Assembly: GCA_000146465.1 (NCBI GenBank)
Contig: CP001942.1
DNA length: 64,000 nucleotides
Direction: 5' to 3' (one strand)
In this document: piece by piece, positions 1-9,970 of the stretch
Layout: each line of letters opens with the position of its first letter
How positions within the stretch are numbered: the stretch's first letter is position 1
Notes under the pieces: generated by a model
The model's input: only the letters and a program-made list of their open reading frames with translations
What the model was told of the DNA's origin: nothing
Databases searched by the model: none
Position numbers and translations under genes: made by a program

Positions 1-1042
1 TTTCAAAGTAGCCAATCGCCACAGAGCTTATGATTCTATCTACATTCTCGTAGTCGATTCCAAGATGGACTGTAAGCTTTCGGAGAGTAATTAGCATTTT
101 CCTTACTTGAGAAAAGTTTTGGCTTTCATGAAGCACTTTGCTTTTTGACAGAATCCCAATTACAAGCTGGTTGTGCATCTTAAAGTCTGAATCCAGAGCT
201 GAAAGATAGTGGCTCCACAGAATAAACCCTGCTGCATCGGAAATCATCAGGGGACTGTTCACTTCTCCAATCCTCTCTCCAAACACTTTTCTCTTCTCAT
301 TGACTCTCTCTACCACCTTCGACCCAATTCCTAGCCTTTTCGACTCGTGAAGAATGCATAGAAAACTCTTGGATATAAACTGATGTCTTAAAGAGCCAAG
401 AGGGTCAAATATGTAGGACTTTTCCTTATCCTTCCAGAACATTTCGTTTATTTCCATTCCCACCTGTCGGATATTGTTGGAAGCACTCTTCATCCATAGG
501 TCAATGTCCTTTATCATCAAGTCTGCAAGTAACTTTCTCGACCTGATGCATATCTGGTTTACATTCACAAAGAACCTGTATTTCTCGAACATACATAGTT
601 TCTTTTCCATTTCTAGCACGTTCTTTGCCATCTTGTAGTAGTATAGCGGATCCTCCCGGTCCTCCTTGTCTGTTTTCTCGTATTCAAATGCAATATTGAT
701 GAAGCCGAGAATCTCCTTCATCTCAGATACAACCAGGTTGAGACGGGACTCCACTATGGAGTTCTCCTCAATATCATGGAGAATATTTGCGTGCTGTATA
801 ACAGCATCAGAAACAGAGCAAAGCAGTTCATTATTTATGTTTACAATTTCTGGCAGCTTTTGCTTGACCTTCTCCAAGTCACTGCATTTGTTAATTATGT
901 TCATGTAGTCCCGAGAAATGCTCTTCATCATCTCTTTTTCCTTTTTCTCAATCTCTTTGGAAAGCTCTACCAGTAACTCTTCTTTCTTGTCAGACTTTAG
1001 CATCTCTTTGAACCTCTCTTCTTCGTCGGGACTAAAGTTCAT
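1..1042 (-). CDS. 5'-partial CDS of a hypothetical protein; N-terminus at 1042, C-terminus beyond the window start. Possibly a coiled-coil vesicle-tethering/exocyst-like subunit, very tentative.
   Basis: Hand translation of the minus strand from ATG (complement of 1040..1042) stays open to position 1: MNFSPDEEERFKEMLKSDKKEELLVELSKEIEKKEKEMMKSISRDYMNIINK... The six-frame track lists no complete minus ORFs and only short plus ORFs here, which fits one long frame leaving the window. It lies 20 nt downstream of the XPB stop. Confidence 0.4.
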   Translation of the reverse strand, partial: MNFSPDEEERFKEMLKSDKKEELLVELSKEIEKKEKEMMKSISRDYMNIINKCSDLEKVKQKLPEIVNINNELLCSVSDAVIQHANILHDIEENSIVESRLNLVVSEMKEILGFINIAFEYEKTDKEDREDPLYYYKMAKNVLEMEKKLCMFEKYRFFVNVNQICIRSRKLLADLMIKDIDLWMKSASNNIRQVGMEINEMFWKDKEKSYIFDPLGSLRHQFISKSFLCILHESKRLGIGSKVVERVNEKRKVFGERIGEVNSPLMISDAAGFILWSHYLSALDSDFKMHNQLVIGILSKSKVLHESQNFSQVRKMLITLRKLTVHLGIDYENVDRIISSVAIGYFE

Positions 1043-1062
1043 AAGGGATCGAAGATCAAGAC

Positions 1063-3081
1063 CTAAGGCTTTGGATTCAATTTCCTATTCTTTTTGTTAC
1101 CTTTGCCGGACGAATTGGATCTTAGTGTCTTTTTCTCGATATAGGCCATTTCATCTCCCCCACTAAAGCTCTTCAGTCTTGCTGTGCTATATATAGTCCC
1201 TTCCTCGTCTCCACTCTCCTCACTCTCCAATTCCTTTTCAGATGCGAGAAGCACTCCAGCCAGCAACTCCCTCTGCTGTCCTTTTGTTCTGTACACACAG
1301 TGTTCATTTTCGTGAGCTTCCGGTATGTCTGTAAGTATCGTAAACGTGTAGCCCTGGTCTATCAGAAACTGTTGTCTCTTGTTCGAATAGAACATCTCAT
1401 CCGTGTCCTTACTCACCAAAGAGTAGAAATAGACCTTAAAGTCTGGGTCGTTTCTCCTCTTGGCCCGGAGGATTCTTCCAAGTCTTTGCGCTTCTTGCCT
1501 ACGGCTTCCAAAATGGCTGCTTATTTGGATCAAACATGTAGCTTCTGGAAGATCGATAGATGTGTCTCCAACCTTGCTCAGAAATATCGTGTTGATAACC
1601 GGGTTTGTCTGAAATTGCTTGAGAATTCTCATCCTCTCTGTTTGCCCTGTAGGCCCATAAATAAACGGCTTCCCAAGCTTTAGGGCATACGCTTTCAGTG
1701 CATACACACTGTCTGAAAATACAATGATCTTGTCTCCTCTACTTTCGTGTTTGTTGATCAGATATTCACACATTTGAAACTTCGTCGGGTTCATTATCGA
1801 AAGAAGCCTTCTTCTCCGCGTCGGCTGCGAAAGATATTCTCTATAGAAATCTCCAGTCATTCTGCACCATACCTCCACACACGACACCCTGGCTATATGC
1901 CCTTTGGCACTAAGGTCTTGCCAGTCTGCCTCATAAAGCTTAGGTCCAATCAAGAAGTTAAGATCTTCAATCTTGTCGTCTTCCCGGACAAGGGTTGCAG
2001 TAAGCCCAAGCTTGCAGTGATGCCCCACCAGTGACAATACTCTTCTGAACATCATTGCAGGAACAACATGAACCTCATCCAGCACAAGCAATCCCCATTC
2101 CGTCTTCCGTATAAGGTCCATGATCTTCTGGGCTTCATACGATCGCTTTCCCGTGTATGCAAGCATCGTGTATGTTGTAACAACTATTCCACAATCGTCC
2201 TTCGGCCACTCCTTGTGATCGGAAGTAAACCTGCCCACATTCTCGGGGGATATGTTGGTGAATTGCAATGTCTGCTGCTTCCACTGCTCAACAGACACAG
2301 CAGATGTACACAGCACAAGACAGCTCTTCTTGATAGTGCTTATTGCCGTAATTCCCACAATTGTCTTTCCCGACCCACAAGGAAGTACAATTATTCCCGA
2401 CCTTGCCCGTCCATTCCCAAACATCTTGTTGAGACATATTTCTTGATAGGATCTAATAATCGTCGTGGGCTTGAGATCTATCTGAAGGCTTCGAAGTGTC
2501 TTGTCGTTTCGGAAATCGTACTCTTCAATTAGTGGATAGTCAACTTCAATGCACCTTTTCTTAACCAGCTCAACATCTTCTACTTCAATCGATAGTCCGC
2601 TTCCCTCTTTGGGCTTACAAACCGTGTGCGATCGTATCACAGTGTCTTCAGACAGCATTTTGTACACAGACTCATTAGCCGCCTCCAGGAAAAAGCTGTT
2701 TTCCTTCAGAATAAGCTTTACTTTCCCATAGCTTAGTGTGCATTCCGTGATAAACACCTTAACAGATCTCGGAAGATAGTTCTTTGAAAACCGGTCCAAT
2801 GTCTTGATGATGTCGTCTGTCGTCAGTCCAACACTTACTGCAGCATATAACGAATACGCCGTAATCTGAAATTCATGTATCTTCAGTGGCCTGCTCACGG
2901 GCTCTGCAATGGCTATTAGGAAGTCACAGGCTTGCCGGGAAGACTCTCTGAACATCTCCAGTATGATTAGTCCATCGTAATTCACCCACATCGGAAAGCC
3001 GTCGTTGTCCTCCTTGAGAACAAGCTCTTCATATGGGAACTGATGCTTTGTTGCTTTCTTGGGAATCACAAGCTCATTCAT
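1063..3081 (-). CDS. SSL2: TFIIH DNA helicase XPB (SSL2/RAD25/ERCC3)
   Basis: 672 aa. Walker [13 protein letters not shown] and DEVH box ([12 protein letters not shown]). Helicase C-terminal region ([36 protein letters not shown]) is typical of XPB/ERCC3. Confidence 0.9.
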   Translation of the reverse strand: MNELVIPKKATKHQFPYEELVLKEDNDGFPMWVNYDGLIILEMFRESSRQACDFLIAIAEPVSRPLKIHEFQITAYSLYAAVSVGLTTDDIIKTLDRFSKNYLPRSVKVFITECTLSYGKVKLILKENSFFLEAANESVYKMLSEDTVIRSHTVCKPKEGSGLSIEVEDVELVKKRCIEVDYPLIEEYDFRNDKTLRSLQIDLKPTTIIRSYQEICLNKMFGNGRARSGIIVLPCGSGKTIVGITAISTIKKSCLVLCTSAVSVEQWKQQTLQFTNISPENVGRFTSDHKEWPKDDCGIVVTTYTMLAYTGKRSYEAQKIMDLIRKTEWGLLVLDEVHVVPAMMFRRVLSLVGHHCKLGLTATLVREDDKIEDLNFLIGPKLYEADWQDLSAKGHIARVSCVEVWCRMTGDFYREYLSQPTRRRRLLSIMNPTKFQMCEYLINKHESRGDKIIVFSDSVYALKAYALKLGKPFIYGPTGQTERMRILKQFQTNPVINTIFLSKVGDTSIDLPEATCLIQISSHFGSRRQEAQRLGRILRAKRRNDPDFKVYFYSLVSKDTDEMFYSNKRQQFLIDQGYTFTILTDIPEAHENEHCVYRTKGQQRELLAGVLLASEKELESEESGDEEGTIYSTARLKSFSGGDEMAYIEKKTLRSNSSGKGNKKNRKLNPKP

Positions 3082-3501
3082 GTTTGGGATGCTATTCCCA
3101 CAGATTTATCTAATCCACTTACATCGAAACAGTCCCCACCCCATGTTCGTCCAAGACCATACATACTACACAGATGCATTTCTGGACGCATGTCTTCTGA
3201 ACTTCGAAAGAATCGAGCTGACCGCCAAGCCGTTCACAAACATAAAGGACGAGGACTTGGAGGAATCCCCAGTTCCTCTCAACAAAGATCATCCCTTCCC
3301 AATAGACTTCGAGCTTACCCCGCGGAATGCCTAACTAGAAGAAAACAAATAATTAAATGAATGTTTATTCTGATTGAAGGAGGGAATGGTATTCTTACAA
3401 TCTGTACGGATGCTTATACATGGTAACGCCATAACCAAACCTCAATGCATCGCCCTTTACCCCATTATCTATGGTCCATTGAATTCTGGATATAGGCGTT
3501 A

Positions 3502-4647
3502 TTACTTTTTTTCATCGTAACATGAATCGCTTGTCAATTCGCTGGTCTCTTCCTTTTCATCGTCGTCGGCTTTCATGCCTTTTTTCCTTCTGTAGTCCTT
3601 GCAGTAATTGATGCATTCTTCCTTCATGCTTGGAGAATCATATCTATCCATGTCTGCACACATCTCCTTTGTGCACGACATCTCTGCCATTTCCGACGAA
3701 TGAGGCCCAGAACCTTGGTTGTCTTCCCCTCCCTTCCATTCACTTGAGGCATCCTCCTTGTATCTTCTGGATCTTCCTCTCCTTCTTCCTCGCCTTGGCC
3801 GGCGCTGCTTGTCCCAGCTCTCTGAAGGACCTTTATTATAAGGTCCACTGGGATTTCCTTGCATCTCCTCAGACTCTTCGCCTCCCTGGCGAGAAGACTT
3901 CTCCTGCCGGTCTAGGATGTTGGTTATGGCTTCGTATTTGCTCTGTTCTATGGGATATATTAGCACCCCAGGCGGAATTCCCTTTCCGGCTCCAAGAGAA
4001 GATATACCATTCTCTTCATTACAACCTTCTTCCCCCCTAGCACATGAGGTCAGGCTTCCAAGCTTGTTTCCTATCTTCTTCAAGCTTCCCTTAAGAGAGT
4101 TTAGCAAGGAATCCTTCAATTGGTCCATATTGAGGTTCTTCAAGATCTCATTTGCAATCTTGTCCTGGCATTTTTTGTCTTTACAACTCTTTTCACCATC
4201 TTCTTCGTTACAGGAGGCGTTCCCTCCGTTGAGCACATCAAGACATTTCTGATCAATACAGCATTCCTTGGCATTTTCCCCAAGTGTTTTCCTGCAATTC
4301 TCTAATATGTTCTTGAACTTCTCGAGCTGTTCAGACAAACACTTCTTAAGCTGTTCTTTTTTCTCAGACATATCACAGACATTTGCGTACTGAATGTTTC
4401 CCGGAGGCTGAAGAGCTAAGGGAGATATCCCCATCTGCTGCCCAACCCCTCCATCAGGCGCAAACGATAGCAGTTGCCCTGGCTTACTTGAAGGAGCACT
4501 GATCGTCTGAACCTGAGGCATGGGGCCTACAAATCCCTGATCAAAAAGAGGTGAGTTCGATGGAAGAATCGAATATAACGGGCTTCCTGCATCTGCCGTC
4601 TCCACATATTTCCAAAGCGTTACCACCAAACTCAATTGCCCTATCAT
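3502..4647 (-). CDS. Secreted Cys/Lys/Glu-rich low-complexity protein; candidate spore-wall adhesin, EnP1-like
   Basis: 381 aa. N-terminal signal-peptide-like segment MIGQLSLVVTLWKYVETADA. About 17 Cys in CxxC/CC contexts. Strongly basic cluster KQRRPRRGRRRGRSRRYK resembles heparin-binding motifs. No enzymatic motifs. Confidence 0.5.
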   Translation of the reverse strand: MIGQLSLVVTLWKYVETADAGSPLYSILPSNSPLFDQGFVGPMPQVQTISAPSSKPGQLLSFAPDGGVGQQMGISPLALQPPGNIQYANVCDMSEKKEQLKKCLSEQLEKFKNILENCRKTLGENAKECCIDQKCLDVLNGGNASCNEEDGEKSCKDKKCQDKIANEILKNLNMDQLKDSLLNSLKGSLKKIGNKLGSLTSCARGEEGCNEENGISSLGAGKGIPPGVLIYPIEQSKYEAITNILDRQEKSSRQGGEESEEMQGNPSGPYNKGPSESWDKQRRPRRGRRRGRSRRYKEDASSEWKGGEDNQGSGPHSSEMAEMSCTKEMCADMDRYDSPSMKEECINYCKDYRRKKGMKADDDEKEETSELTSDSCYDEKK

Positions 4648-4770
4648 CTGGTGTTTTGTTTATCAGAACTTGATTTGCCCATAGATATCAGCCATTTCTG
4701 TAACAGTTTCATTCAAACAATAAAGTGTTTCAAGGGCTTACCATGGTGCATGTAAATAGATATAAGAACT

Positions 4771-5691
4771 TTAATACTTCTTCTGAATCTTTGCATAAAA
4801 GAACCCGTCCATGTTGTGCACATGTGGATAGATCCTTCTAGCCATCTTGAGAGACCCGTTGTAGTTTCTTCCCTTGAAACTCATGAATCCATCCTTTCCA
4901 ATGTCTATCTCGCATTGGGCCATTCGGGCGGAAGGACATTTGTTGAGAAGATAATTAACAACCTCCTCGTTTTCCTTGACAAGCACAGAACATGTCGAGT
5001 ACATCAGTATCCCTCCAGGCCTCAGCATCTCAAATCCATGAAGTATCAGTTCTTTCTGAAGCGTAACCATTCTATCTATCTCACTTCTTGTTCTGTTGGT
5101 CTTCACTGACGGATCCTTCGATATCACTCCGGTCCCAGAACACGGTGCATCCACCAGAACCCTATCTACCTTTCCAACATTCACCTTCCTTCCGTCCATG
5201 TTCATTATTATGCAGTTCTTCACCCCCATTCTCTGTACGTTGCTCTTTAATCCTGCTATTCTCTCCTCGTTCATATCGTTTGCATAGATCGTCCCTGTGT
5301 TTTCCATAAGTGCAGCAATGTGTGTTGTCTTCCCCCCAGGTGCTGCGCACAAATCAACAACAGTCAGACCCTCTTTGAGCTCCATGTTAAGGACCGGGAG
5401 CATCGATGCAGCTCCTTGAAGACAATAGTATCCGGCAAGATACTCGGGCGTGGCCCCAATAGGAACAGAGGACTTGAAGATAACACATCCGCTGTCTGTC
5501 CAGCTGAGATCGTCAATATCCACACCCCTTCCACGTAAGAGCTTCGACACGTCTTTTCTACGCTTCAAAAGCGTATTGATTCGTATCGTTGTAGGCCTTT
5601 GCTTTTCGCTCTCCTCAATAAAAACCTCTGCCTCTTTACGTGGAAACAACTCGCATATCTTCTCCAGAAGATACTCGTTGTACGTATCCAT
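4771..5691 (-). CDS. NOL1/NOP2/Sun-family RNA (cytosine-C5) methyltransferase
   Basis: 306 aa. SAM-binding motif DLCAAPGGKTTHIAALM. Catalytic motifs DAPCSGTGV and TCS in NSUN-typical spacing. Confidence 0.75.
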   Translation of the reverse strand: MDTYNEYLLEKICELFPRKEAEVFIEESEKQRPTTIRINTLLKRRKDVSKLLRGRGVDIDDLSWTDSGCVIFKSSVPIGATPEYLAGYYCLQGAASMLPVLNMELKEGLTVVDLCAAPGGKTTHIAALMENTGTIYANDMNEERIAGLKSNVQRMGVKNCIIMNMDGRKVNVGKVDRVLVDAPCSGTGVISKDPSVKTNRTRSEIDRMVTLQKELILHGFEMLRPGGILMYSTCSVLVKENEEVVNYLLNKCPSARMAQCEIDIGKDGFMSFKGRNYNGSLKMARRIYPHVHNMDGFFYAKIQKKY

Positions 5692-5771
5692 TAGAGGGCA
5701 ATTTTTTCTTCAAAAAATCGTTCCTGTAGCTTGGCCAAATCCATAGAGTTTAATCATCCCATCCAGCCCAT

Positions 5772-7559
5772 TCACCTCTTGAAAAGAACCCCTGCCGTTG
5801 TACAAAATATAATCTCCTCCTTGGAATTACCGATATACTTCGCTGGAGGTGTTGTGAGTTTTCGGCCGAAGTTATACAGGCTGGCCTCAAGCCTTTGCTC
5901 GTTGTAGCTGAGACCCTTGAAATACCTATTATAATACTGCCGAAGATCCCCTGAAGTCTTTGCAGGAAAGTATGCTGCCATAGACACCCAGTTCTTGTTG
6001 TAGTATGGAAAATATATTGCAAACACCTGCCTTTCGTCTATAGTCCACTTCTTCAGCACATCTTCCTTGCTTATAGAAGCTCTTTTTACGGGCTCGCCCG
6101 TTTTTTCTAAGCTTTCATTCTGAGGCAGGACAAACTTTGTGTAGTATCTAAAAAACATCTTGAGATCTCTTTCCGGCCTATTTATCAATGGACGGTATTT
6201 TCCCCATGACTTTCCAAACACCCTGAAATGCTGAATAAATATATTTCTTTCATACTCCGACCATCCTCTTTCGATTATGAGCTTGACCTCCAAATCCGAG
6301 ATCCTTCCAGACTTGTGTTTCATGTATGAGTATGTCTTGTCTTTTGCCAAATAGTACTTTAGAATACACTTTTTAGTCTCTAGGTGTGATGCTGTCTCCT
6401 CAATCTTCCTGAAGTTGTTTCTGTACTTCTGTATAAGTTCGGAGGCTATCTTGTCCTCTTCTTCAGAAAATCCAATCGGTGGAATCTCGGGAATACAAGA
6501 AATGATAGTCATTGGTGCTTTGGATGGCCCGCTTCCTACATCCGGAATCTCTGCCTTGTTGTTTTTAGCCCTCTTTAGAAGCATGGTCCTTTGATCTTCA
6601 ATGTATTTTTGGATCTTCTCATCATCCCTCTGCATCGTTGGAAAAGCTCTTTTCAGGAAATATTTGTATCTACAGTCATTCATATCCAAGGGAACCATCT
6701 CCTTGTCCCTGCCACGTGCTTTTCCGTCTTCCAAATTCGTCTCTGTCTTTCTCTTTTTTCCAGAGCTGGACTTCATCTTGCCTTTTTCCGAAGAAACCAA
6801 TAATTTCCTTGGGTCCTCTTCCAGAGACATCGGGAAAGATGCTACCGACCTAAATCCACTTGCCTTGAGTTCTCTACTATTTTCAAAGAAACAGAGTATA
6901 GGGACTATCTCATGCCCGGGAATGTCGATGGAAACATCGTTCATCACATCCCTGTATAGCATGTTCTCTATCTCCTCGATGTTGATATTGTTCGCCGAAG
7001 TATGCAAACCACACAATGGTCCATTAAGCAACTGATGGCTTCTGGAACTTTTGTTTAAGTAAGCCTCGCTTTCTGCTGACTTATTTTTTGGTATCCCTTT
7101 TTCTCCTCTTCTCTTTCCCTTCATCCCCTCCTGGCAGAATTTTCCTTCCTTTCTTCTGTTTTCTTCGTCTTCTTTATAGTTCTCATCCTGCTTCCTAGCT
7201 CTTTCCTTACCTCCCTTTCTCTCCCCCAGGCCCCGAACATTCCAGTCTACCTCCTCTCCTCGAACAACTCTCCCATCTTCCCCCAATTCTCGAACTCCAT
7301 GCTCTTCTGTTCTCCTCCCTTTCCCCCGAGAAAACCCTTCTCTTTTGCCTCGAGTCCAGCCCTTCTGTCTTCCCTCGCTTCTCTCCAAATAGCCAGTAGA
7401 ACTTGTCCTTTCGTCATATCCCTCAATTCTTCGTCCCCTCTCTTCGGAACCCTTATGGTCTCCAAAGAGCTCCGTCCCTTGCCCACCTAAATCTCCCTCC
7501 CCCATCTCCTTGCTCTTGTCATGGTCTTCTAAATTCCCTCTTACCTCGTTACTCTTCAT
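5772..7559 (-). CDS. Nuclear protein with two SANT/Myb-like domains (NCoR/Snt1-type corepressor-like)
   Basis: 595 aa. N-terminus is a K/E/R/G-rich low-complexity region. C-terminal half has two SANT-like repeats (WSEYERNIFIQHFRVFGKSWGKY... and WTIDERQVFAIYFPYYNKNWVSMAAYFPAKTSGDLRQYYNRY). Confidence 0.5.
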   Translation of the reverse strand: MKSNEVRGNLEDHDKSKEMGEGDLGGQGTELFGDHKGSEERGRRIEGYDERTSSTGYLERSEGRQKGWTRGKREGFSRGKGRRTEEHGVRELGEDGRVVRGEEVDWNVRGLGERKGGKERARKQDENYKEDEENRRKEGKFCQEGMKGKRRGEKGIPKNKSAESEAYLNKSSRSHQLLNGPLCGLHTSANNINIEEIENMLYRDVMNDVSIDIPGHEIVPILCFFENSRELKASGFRSVASFPMSLEEDPRKLLVSSEKGKMKSSSGKKRKTETNLEDGKARGRDKEMVPLDMNDCRYKYFLKRAFPTMQRDDEKIQKYIEDQRTMLLKRAKNNKAEIPDVGSGPSKAPMTIISCIPEIPPIGFSEEEDKIASELIQKYRNNFRKIEETASHLETKKCILKYYLAKDKTYSYMKHKSGRISDLEVKLIIERGWSEYERNIFIQHFRVFGKSWGKYRPLINRPERDLKMFFRYYTKFVLPQNESLEKTGEPVKRASISKEDVLKKWTIDERQVFAIYFPYYNKNWVSMAAYFPAKTSGDLRQYYNRYFKGLSYNEQRLEASLYNFGRKLTTPPAKYIGNSKEEIIFCTTAGVLFKR

Positions 7560-7619
7560 CGAATCCCAGAATGGTGTCTAAGTGGGGCAAGAGAATCAAC
7601 CCCTCAAATATACAAAGAC

Positions 7620-7910
7620 ATGGAGAACAAAGAAATAATAAAGCTGAAGAAATGGAATCTGGTTGCCCTTTGGTCTTTGGACATGAAGATTGAAACCTGT
7701 GCAATCTGCAGAAACCACATCATGGATACCTGTGTGGAGTGCCAGAACGGGCTTATAAACAATGACGAATGCAAGGTATCTTGGGGTGTCTGCAACCATG
7801 CATTCCATACCCATTGTATAACAAGGTGGTTGAGCTCGAAAAACGTCTGCCCCTTGGATACAAAGAAATGGGTTTACTATGACCCGGAGGAAAAGCAAGA
7901 TGCAAAATAG
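7620..7910 (+). CDS. RBX1: RING-box protein Rbx1/Hrt1 (cullin-RING ligase subunit)
   Basis: 96 aa. WNLVALWSLDMKIETCAICRNHIMDTCVECQ...CNHAFHTHCITRWLSSKNVCPLD is the canonical RING-H2 of Rbx1, including the W-rich N-terminal strand. Confidence 0.85.
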   Translation: MENKEIIKLKKWNLVALWSLDMKIETCAICRNHIMDTCVECQNGLINNDECKVSWGVCNHAFHTHCITRWLSSKNVCPLDTKKWVYYDPEEKQDAK

Positions 7911-7950
7911 AGTTTAATAAACATTTTGCCCACTCCAAGAGGATTTCTGC

Positions 7951-8562
7951 CTATCTTTTCTTGCGCGGGCTCCTTATTCTTTTCCGAGTTCCATATTTCT
8001 CTCTGAGTTCAGAAGCCTTTACTCTATAAGCTTCATCAAGCTTCTTTTTGTACTCAAGAATCTTTTCTTTAGCAACCTTCTTATATGCCTCTCGCATCTC
8101 TTCGAGCTTTCTACTATACTTATTCTCTAGACTCTCCATTTCCGCTTTCCTTTTGGATTCAATTCGACGCTTCAACTCTCCAACTTCTTTCTCCATTGCC
8201 CGTATTAGCTTTCTCCGATCTCTCAATACCTTTCTATGTATTTCCTTTAGTTCCTCAAATTCCTTTTGGATCTTCAAAAGCATGTTGGAATTCTTCTCTT
8301 CTCCACTTTCAACCTCCTTTCTTCCTTCTCCCAGGCCTTTTCTAGGCTCCTCAGTAAAGTCTCGAAAAATCACCTTACCTCGCACCTCATTTCCAAGACC
8401 TTTTAGGCTTTTGGACGTGTCTTGAGTCTCGGCCTTCTTTTCTCCACCCAGCTTCTCATCCTCAGGTCTGTTTGTAATGTTTGCAAAAGCACGTCTTTTA
8501 CGGATCCTGACTCTCTCGTCAAACACCTCCCCAAAATCTCCATCTTCAGACAAAACATCCAT
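7951..8562 (-). CDS. Hypothetical basic coiled-coil protein (K/E/R-rich), possibly nucleolar
   Basis: 203 aa, about 50% charged residues, heptad-like EELKEIHRKVLRDRRKLIRAMEKEVGELKRRIESKRKAE. No catalytic motif. A 358-nt upstream spacer is unusually long for this window. Confidence 0.4.
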   Translation of the reverse strand: MDVLSEDGDFGEVFDERVRIRKRRAFANITNRPEDEKLGGEKKAETQDTSKSLKGLGNEVRGKVIFRDFTEEPRKGLGEGRKEVESGEEKNSNMLLKIQKEFEELKEIHRKVLRDRRKLIRAMEKEVGELKRRIESKRKAEMESLENKYSRKLEEMREAYKKVAKEKILEYKKKLDEAYRVKASELREKYGTRKRIRSPRKKR

Positions 8563-8920
8563 TCCAAGGGCTTCTCTTTTGCTGCCTTAGGAAGGTAGAG
8601 TACAGGCCCCAACCACAAAGTCTACAAAAAAACTTAAACATTAAATATTACAAAAAAGCCTTCAGATTACGGAATATGCTCCTGCAGCAAGGGCAAACCT
8701 TTGACTCAGAGAGTGCAGTGCATCGGAAGATTCTCCATTCAAAGTACATCGAATAGGTGGAAAAATCAAGGTTAGACATCATTAGATGCTGGAATGGACC
8801 TCCTTTTATCTGTAATTATCATCACAAGACTTTAGGGGTAGCTTCTATTAAGTAGTTTAATACTAAGAACCTGAAAATTCCTTAAATTAAAAATATCAGC
8901 CAGGAAATTTATAGAGATAT

Positions 8921-9517
8921 TCATATAAGCAGCACAAACCTCAGGAGAATGTAGAAGAAACATACCATGAAGAAAAATAACAGAATAAACGAAAGAAAAA
9001 ACGCAACTCCTCCAATAATCGCATTGGCAAAAGAGCCCTTTAGATCTTCACTTCGGAATATCTTCTTTTGGAGCTCTCTGTTGCACACCAAATCAAGTTC
9101 GTTCCCTATAAACACTGCTTTCACCACAGAATCCCTTCCTGGGTGGTCTACCAAGTCTCCTTTGATCCCATTCATTTCCTCCTCTCTCCTCCGCAGGAAA
9201 TTGCTTTTCTGGATATCTTTGAATATCCTAACGTACAAGGGGTTCTTGACAACCTCAAAGTACAAAATATCTTTGACCTCGTTTCTGGTCGAAGGGTCCT
9301 TCAGTTTGTATATCCGAACCGTCCCAGAAACTGCATATCTCATATTAATTATACTTCTTGCCAAATACACGTGCTTGGTACTCTCACAAACCAAAATACA
9401 AAAAACTGCAGATCCTGTGCTCGACAGAAGCTCCTCATAAGTCTCTAGGGTCAACGGATCTACACTCTGGAGATCCTCCGAATGTATCACCTCCCCGTCC
9501 TTCACAAACTCCAGCAT
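8921..9517 (-). CDS. Tail-anchored protein, longin/SNARE-like (possible Sec22-type R-SNARE)
   Basis: 198 aa. Single C-terminal TM anchor AIIGGVAFFLSFILLFFFMVCFFYILLRFVLLI. A short predicted helix precedes it and an alpha/beta N-domain of about 120 aa is present. The SEC22 assignment is tentative. Confidence 0.4.
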   Translation of the reverse strand: MLEFVKDGEVIHSEDLQSVDPLTLETYEELLSSTGSAVFCILVCESTKHVYLARSIINMRYAVSGTVRIYKLKDPSTRNEVKDILYFEVVKNPLYVRIFKDIQKSNFLRRREEEMNGIKGDLVDHPGRDSVVKAVFIGNELDLVCNRELQKKIFRSEDLKGSFANAIIGGVAFFLSFILLFFFMVCFFYILLRFVLLI

Positions 9518-9634
9518 CTCTATGGGTTTTAGTAATTGTTTGTGGGAAATTTAAATGTTTATATGCTCCACTTCCTCATCACTCAAATCATCTCGACATG
9601 TAATTCATCTTATGTTGATGGCACTTCCCCTTTG

Positions 9635-9919
9635 CTACTGCCTGCTAATGACTCCCACAATACTATTGAATAGCAGCTCCTCCTTGTTTACATAGGAATG
9701 GGCTTTGTTGAATGCATCGGTACAATCCTTCCCTGCATACTTCATTATGGTCTCTGCTCCTCCTGGATGCACTCGAAGGAAGTCGGTGACATCATACACC
9801 GTTCCATCCATTATGATCCAGCAATCTTCCAGCTTATTGTGCTTGGATACTTCTTCCACACTAAGTGCCCTGAAGGATGGGCTTGTGCGTCTTTCCCGAG
9901 ACCATCTTATCAGATTCAT
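9635..9919 (-). CDS. Cytochrome b5-like heme-binding domain protein
   Basis: 94 aa. HNKLEDCWIIMDGTVYDVTDFLRVHPGGAETIMKYAGKDCTDAF contains the HPGG motif and the two axial His residues of the b5 fold. Confidence 0.75.
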   Translation of the reverse strand: MNLIRWSRERRTSPSFRALSVEEVSKHNKLEDCWIIMDGTVYDVTDFLRVHPGGAETIMKYAGKDCTDAFNKAHSYVNKEELLFNSIVGVISRQ

Positions 9920-9970
9920 TGGAAAACCCAGGGCTGAGAATGCTATTGATTAAGCAAATTTTGTCCCTCG

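Noticed and set aside
3043-3360. Small plus-strand ORFs (105 and 91 aa) upstream of XPB
   Set aside because: They overlap the XPB 5' end and promoter region, and the two share sequence in different frames. No motifs. The spacer 3082..3501 is better read as a plain intergenic region.
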